Positions 5,041 to 9,295 of a DNA stretch of 9,295 nt are shown piece after piece (positions within the stretch are counted from its first letter, which is position 1; every line of letters begins with the position of its first letter). The notes beneath the pieces were generated by a model. That model worked only from the letters and a program-made list of their open reading frames with translations, had not been told where the DNA came from and did not search any database. The DNA lies in assembly GCA_048939465.1 (NCBI GenBank), contig JBHLPL010000077.1:1-9295 (forward strand). Direction: 5' to 3'. The DNA comes from Promethearchaeota archaeon. Lineage in GTDB: Archaea; Asgardarchaeota; Odinarchaeia; Odinarchaeales; JBHLKK01. A program made the translations under genes and the position numbers.

Positions 5041-6876
5041 TCAGTCCTTAAGACCTAGCAGAGTGACTACGGCCGCAGCAAAGACCTTAGCCCCCTCAAT
5101 CATATCGTCGATTTCTATGTACTCATTAGGGCTATTGCATTTCTCTTCATCCCCCGGGCCGAATATACATACAGGTGTCTTACTCTGAACCAGAATCTTT
5201 GCCAGGTTATTTTCTTTGGTTTCAGAGAAGGCGGGTTCCTGATTAGCTGTATTGAACAAACCGTCTCGAACTGCCATCACTATGGGAGCATCAACAGAAG
5301 AAGCAATTTTAGGAGGTTCAGGCAACTGCTCAATGGTTACATCAACATCAGAATCCGATATTTTGATATTATCAACGAGTTTTCGAACTTCATTAAGTAT
5401 CTTTTCATTGTACTCCTTGTACAGATGACGGATGTCCAATGTCGCTTCCGCCCATTCGGGAATACCACCCACACCAGGCATTCCTCGAATCTCCCTTATG
5501 TTAATTGAGCATTTGGCAAGCAGCGGATATTCGTTTCCATCGAAATCGCTAAATCTGATCAGCACTTTGACGAGTTTCTCGGCGGCGTTGATGTCCCTTA
5601 GCGAAGGTTCAAACACCCGTCCTCTGCTTGTAAGTCTGAAGGCTAGTGTCTCCAGTTCAATAGTCTTTATAGTTTTGCAACCAGTAGGGCTGGCTACGAT
5701 GGCATGACTTGGGATAAGTCCTACCTCTTCTATCAGATGCTTCAATCCGATTCTTCCGTCGCCCAATCCATCAGCTACTGCAGCCACCATTATTTGACCT
5801 TTTAATTGTACGTTAAGAACATGTATTGCTCTAAGGGCCATTAAAGCCGAGACCAGAGGTCCTTTACTGCAACAAGCCCCTAGCCCGTATATCCTGTGTT
5901 CTTTTTCAACGGCGTCCAGCGGCGGATGCTTCCAACCCTGAACTTGGGGTGAAACATCATGATGACAGACAAGGAGAACGGATGGTTCCCCTTCTTCGCC
6001 TGACCAACTAACAACATTCGTTCTATCTTTTTCACTTTCATAGACTCTGAACCTGATATTGTCTTTCAGTAGCTCTTCCAAGATTATTCTAGCTGCTCTA
6101 AATTCATGTCCCGGAGGGTTAGTTGTATCAGCACTTATGAGGCGTTTCAATAAATCTACGAAGTCATCTCTATGGGATTCGATCCATTCGTAGACATCCA
6201 TAACAATGTCTGGGAGTATTACAGGCTCGCTGGGGAGCAAATCAGCAGTGGTTGCAGGGATTTCAGATTCTGTTTCGACTTCAGGAACTAGGGCTGCTGA
6301 AGTATCCACAGAGATCTCTGGAGGTATTCGGGCGGGAACCTCAGTTTCGATTTCCTCAGGCTTCTCACCGGCCGTAACAGTCGCTACTATCTTGAATACG
6401 TCCGCCACTTTTTCTCCGGTTTTGGCACTCGTCTCCACATAATCCATCCCGAGCTCGTCGGCTAATTCTTTTCCTTCCTCATAGCTTACTTCCCTTGCCA
6501 AATCAGTCTTATTGCCGACCAGTATTCCAGGAACAGCCCCGACCACCGAGTCAATATCCTTAAACCAATGCCTGACATTCTCAAATGATGGTCGGTTAGT
6601 GACATCGAAGACATAGATGACCCCCCTGGCTCCAGGATAGAATATTCTACGAAGATCTTTGAAGGTATCCTGACCGCCTAAATCCCAGATTTGCAGTTTG
6701 GCTGAAATACCATTAAGATCTACATTCTTAATGGCGAAGTCAGCTCCGATGGTCTTCTTATAGGTCTCTTTGAATGAATCTTCAGTGAATCGTAGAATAA
6801 GACTGGTCTTGCCGACCATGCCGTCTCCAACAGTAATTATCTTGAACATATATTTTGTGGCTCTAGGCAAATCCAT
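5041..6876 (-). CDS. Fusion of a Rab-like small GTPase (aa ~8-170), an acidic Pro-rich linker (aa 171-225) and an M20/ArgE-DapE-like domain with a degenerate active site (aa 226-611)
   Basis: G1 GDGMVGKT, G2 KTIGADF, G3 WDLGGQ, G4 NKTD, G5 ETSAK. M20 landmarks LLKRLISADTTNPPG.E, RTNVV, HHDVSP..GWKHPP, IYGLGA..SKG, INA, IPEWAEATLDIR and FGPG....SPNEYI. One uninterrupted 611-codon ORF. Confidence 0.9.
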   Translation of the reverse strand: MDLPRATKYMFKIITVGDGMVGKTSLILRFTEDSFKETYKKTIGADFAIKNVDLNGISAKLQIWDLGGQDTFKDLRRIFYPGARGVIYVFDVTNRPSFENVRHWFKDIDSVVGAVPGILVGNKTDLAREVSYEEGKELADELGMDYVETSAKTGEKVADVFKIVATVTAGEKPEEIETEVPARIPPEISVDTSAALVPEVETESEIPATTADLLPSEPVILPDIVMDVYEWIESHRDDFVDLLKRLISADTTNPPGHEFRAARIILEELLKDNIRFRVYESEKDRTNVVSWSGEEGEPSVLLVCHHDVSPQVQGWKHPPLDAVEKEHRIYGLGACCSKGPLVSALMALRAIHVLNVQLKGQIMVAAVADGLGDGRIGLKHLIEEVGLIPSHAIVASPTGCKTIKTIELETLAFRLTSRGRVFEPSLRDINAAEKLVKVLIRFSDFDGNEYPLLAKCSINIREIRGMPGVGGIPEWAEATLDIRHLYKEYNEKILNEVRKLVDNIKISDSDVDVTIEQLPEPPKIASSVDAPIVMAVRDGLFNTANQEPAFSETKENNLAKILVQSKTPVCIFGPGDEEKCNSPNEYIEIDDMIEGAKVFAAAVVTLLGLKD

Positions 6877-6945
6877 CCCCCAAAATCATATCCTTTTTCT
6901 TGTCATATTACTTTTTCTGCCTTATACTAGAGTTAAGAATCTCTT

Positions 6946-6980
6946 TATCCTGTCAATATTATTATAATAGGGACAAGATA
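6946..6980. promoter_or_regulatory. AT-rich TATA-like core flanked by an imperfect inverted repeat, in the divergent promoter region
   Basis: TATCCTGTC (6946-6954), 17-nt spacer, GACAAGATA (6972-6980): 8 of 9 bases complementary. The spacer contains the palindrome TATTATAATA (6960-6969). Confidence 0.35.
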
Positions 6981-7139
6981 TAATAAAATTTCCATAATGA
7001 TGCGGATGATAGATTGCTATCTTGATTTCTTTAGAACCTCTTTTCACTATTCTGTGATTATCATAAAAGCAGGGCTTCCTCTTTGCGAAAGAATTAAATG
7101 TTTAGGAACGAAACTTTAGATTGATCAAAGCTTTCGGTG

Positions 7140-7982
7140 ATGAAGTTGATACGAGAGGTTCTGGTATTGGACAAAAGTGGGGAAAAACTCTTTCACCGAG
7201 CATATACAAAGTCTAAGGAGATTTCAGTTGATGCTATACTGCCCACAATTCTAGGCGCGTCTGAGAGAATGGAAATGGGGAATATTGAGCATACAAACAT
7301 TGTTCGTTTTCGGTTCTCCTACCTCAAGTCGCACGGCAAGATATTCGCAGTGCTTAGTGATAGGACTAACTCGGAGCGGGAGATTCAAGAGGCTTTACTG
7401 CAGATAACGACCAACTTCCTTAAGAGGTTTGGACAAGAGTCTCAGACAAATAGTAGCCCCAAGCTGGCCGACGGTTTCAACAAAGAAGTAATAGAAATCG
7501 TGAGTAAGCTCCCTGTGAAACTATCCTTAGTCGGATTCGGTGGTGTTGGAAAGACTACTATACTTCGCCTTCTGCGAAAAGAGGAAATTCCGATGAAGTA
7601 TATTCCGACAATCTTCGCCGACAGAGAACCACTCACAGTTACGGTAGGAATTTACTATGTTATGGTATTTGATTTCGCAGGTCAGGAGCAATTTATGGCT
7701 GCTTGGGATATACTTGTCAAGGGAACGGAGGTCATTGCTATAATCATTGACTCTACGGTGGACAACATGAAGCTAACAAAAGAAAAGATCTTTCCTTTGG
7801 TCAGAAGTAAAGCACCTTACTCAAAGATTATAGCAATTGCAAACAAGCAGGATCGTGGAAATGCAATTCCTCCCGAGGAAATTGAAGAGATACTTGGTGT
7901 TAAGACCTATGGCCTAGTGGCTATAGAGAAATCACAGCGATCCAACCTTTTGGAACTCTTGGAGAAGATAATCTTAGAATAG
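7140..7982 (+). CDS. Longin-domain + small GTPase fusion (Arf-like features), ~280 aa
   Basis: The N-terminal ~125 aa follow a longin pattern (IREVLVLDKSGEKLFHRAY ... FAVLSDRTNSEREIQEALLQITTNFLKRF). C-terminal G1 GFGGVGKTT, G2 YIPTI, G3 FDFAGQ, G4 ANKQD, variant G5 LVAI. Start uncertain: GTG 7137, ATG 7140, or TTG 7146 after a GGTGA RBS. Confidence 0.85.
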   Translation: MKLIREVLVLDKSGEKLFHRAYTKSKEISVDAILPTILGASERMEMGNIEHTNIVRFRFSYLKSHGKIFAVLSDRTNSEREIQEALLQITTNFLKRFGQESQTNSSPKLADGFNKEVIEIVSKLPVKLSLVGFGGVGKTTILRLLRKEEIPMKYIPTIFADREPLTVTVGIYYVMVFDFAGQEQFMAAWDILVKGTEVIAIIIDSTVDNMKLTKEKIFPLVRSKAPYSKIIAIANKQDRGNAIPPEEIEEILGVKTYGLVAIEKSQRSNLLELLEKIILE

Positions 7983-8054
7983 CAGGTATTCAGCTCATCA
8001 ACTCAAATCGGAGATTAAGAATCGATGTTCGAGAGATTTTGCTCTTCTATCGGT

Positions 8055-8068
8055 TGATTTATAAATCA
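8055..8068 (+). promoter_or_regulatory. TATA box of the nadX-nadA operon inside a 14-bp perfect palindrome
   Basis: TGATTTATAAATCA with a TTTATAAA core at 8058-8065, about 50 nt upstream of ATG 8115. Confidence 0.5.
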
Positions 8069-8114
8069 TAATCCTTATTTTTCACTTCTAGGAAATAGTC
8101 TGCAGGCGGAAGAG

Positions 8115-8945
8115 ATGGCAAAACTCAAAGTGGGATTGATCGGGTGTGGGGCAATCGGAAACCTTATCTCTAAAGCAATTGAGGAAGGCAAAGCCGGAGA
8201 TACTGAACTGGTAATGGTATATGATGTGATAAAAGAAAAGGCTGAAGAGTTTGTACAGCTGATGCCGGAGAGACCAAGAGTAGCCGATACTGCGGAGGAA
8301 ATCATTGAAAGTGATCTAATTAACTTGGTTGTAGAGGCAGCTTCTCAGGGGGCTGTTAAGGAATATGCAGTTAAGATTCTAAATTCAGGAAAGGATCTTT
8401 TAATTTTGAGCATCGGAGCTCTTGTAGATAAACAACTACTGAAAGCGATTGAAGAAACTGCGGAGAGAAACGATAAGATAGTCTATCTCCCGTCAGGGGC
8501 AGTGGTTGGCCTTGATGGTGTGAAATCCTCTTCAGTGGCTAAGCTTTCTGAAGTATTATTGACCACACGAAAGAATCCTGAAATACTGAAAGGAGCACCC
8601 TACATCATTCAGCACAAGATTGACTTGGATTCGGTGAAGGAGCCAACTGTAGTCTATGCCGGGTATGCTGAGGAGGCAGCAAGAATGTTTCCCAAGAATA
8701 TTAATGTTGCCGCAGTTCTAAGCTTGGCAGGAATTGGGGCAGAAAGAACCAAAGTCCGAATAATAGCGGATCCGACAGTGCACAAGAATGTCCATGAAAT
8801 CGTTGTAAAAGGGGACTTCGGTACCTTAAAGACTCACGTGGAGAATGTACCCTCATCCCACAACCCTAAGACAAGTTATCTTGCAGCGCTCTCAGTTATC
8901 AGAACGTTAAGAAAAATCGGAGAACACATACAAATAGGAACTTGA
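8115..8945 (+). CDS. nadX: L-aspartate dehydrogenase (de novo NAD synthesis)
   Basis: Rossmann motif KVGLIGCGAIG, plus VVEAASQ.AV, LSIGAL, YLPSGAVVGLDG, TTRKNP, FPKNINVAA and NPKTSYLAALS. Immediately upstream of nadA. Confidence 0.95.
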   Translation: MAKLKVGLIGCGAIGNLISKAIEEGKAGDTELVMVYDVIKEKAEEFVQLMPERPRVADTAEEIIESDLINLVVEAASQGAVKEYAVKILNSGKDLLILSIGALVDKQLLKAIEETAERNDKIVYLPSGAVVGLDGVKSSSVAKLSEVLLTTRKNPEILKGAPYIIQHKIDLDSVKEPTVVYAGYAEEAARMFPKNINVAAVLSLAGIGAERTKVRIIADPTVHKNVHEIVVKGDFGTLKTHVENVPSSHNPKTSYLAALSVIRTLRKIGEHIQIGT

Positions 8946-8960
8946 TAATTGGCGATCGAC

Positions 8961-9295
8961 ATGCGTTCGCTAAATAGACTGCAAAAGAAAGTATTGCAAC
9001 TGAAAGAAAGAGAAAACGCCGTGATGTTGGTCCATAACTATCAGGTATCAGAAATACAGGAAATAGCAGATTTCATCGGAGATTCTCTTCAGCTTTCCAT
9101 TAAGGCCGCTGAAGTTGAGAACATGGATTATATCGTTTTTTGCGGAGTAGATTTCATGGCTGAAACTGCTTCGATCCTTAACCCGAACAAGAGAGTAATA
9201 CTACCAGCGATAGAGGCCAGATGCCCCATGGCTGCTATGCTTACGGCGGAAAAGGTGATTGAAGCAAGAGGGCAACATCCGGATGCCCTAGTTGT
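8961..9295 (+). CDS. nadA: Quinolinate synthase A, 5' part (runs off the right edge)
   Basis: Manual translation: MRSLNRLQKKVLQLKERENAVMLVHNYQVSEIQEIADFIGDSLQLS...IVFCGVDFMAETASILNPNKRVILP..EARCPMA. Shows HNYQ, GDSL, VFCGVxFMAE and the first Fe-S Cys (CPMA). Alternative in-frame TTG at 8949. Confidence 0.95.
   Translation, partial: MRSLNRLQKKVLQLKERENAVMLVHNYQVSEIQEIADFIGDSLQLSIKAAEVENMDYIVFCGVDFMAETASILNPNKRVILPAIEARCPMAAMLTAEKVIEARGQHPDALV

Noticed and set aside
2619-6442. Alternative-frame or antisense ORFs 2619-3098, 2629-2811, 3515-3706, 3792-4211, 4395-4925, 5432-5707 and 6206-6442
   Set aside because: Shadow frames of well-supported genes. Their Ser/Thr/Gly-rich composition is typical of antisense translations.
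6770-7120. ORF 6770-6967 and a ~40-aa ATG ORF starting at 6997 in the divergent intergenic region
   Set aside because: No RBS or motif. They overlap the GTPase 5' end or the promoter elements.
2368-7148. Several non-AUG starts (roadblock GTG, nnr TTG, possibly longin-GTPase GTG or TTG)
   Set aside because: GTG and TTG starts with an RBS are ordinary in archaea.
7442-8305. Antisense ORFs 7442-7636 and 8075-8305
   Set aside because: Shadow frames of the longin-GTPase gene and nadX.
1-9295. tRNA, rRNA, CRISPR array, transposase, selenocysteine recoding
   Set aside because: No cloverleaf, repeat-spacer array, terminal inverted repeats or transposase ORF were seen, and no in-frame TGA interrupts a conserved gene.

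Overview
Gene-dense archaeal window that looks like Asgard archaea, inferred from its set of eukaryotic-signature proteins; the class cannot be assigned from this sequence. Left to right: 5' end of a probably exported protein (-, truncated); a 48-aa CxxC/CxxC zinc-ribbon gene missed by the ORF track, with its own TATA box, RBS and oligo-T terminator (+); phosphohexomutase glmM (+); then on the - strand a roadblock/LC7 protein, a one-domain gelsolin with a Pro-rich linker, extra domain and polybasic tail, bifunctional NAD(P)HX repair enzyme nnr, and a 611-aa fusion of a Rab-like small GTPase to an M20 (ArgE/DapE-type) peptidase fold. Head-to-head with that fusion on the + strand are a longin + Arf-like GTPase fusion, aspartate dehydrogenase nadX and the 5' part of quinolinate synthase nadA. 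The most striking item is the fusion. Its GTPase motifs G1-G5 are intact, while the M20 half has lost four of five metal ligands and the catalytic Glu by manual motif alignment. It is a candidate pseudoenzyme ligand-sensor or scaffold GTPase inside a cluster of GTPase regulators and an actin regulator. No mobile elements, CRISPR arrays, tRNA or rRNA genes were seen.
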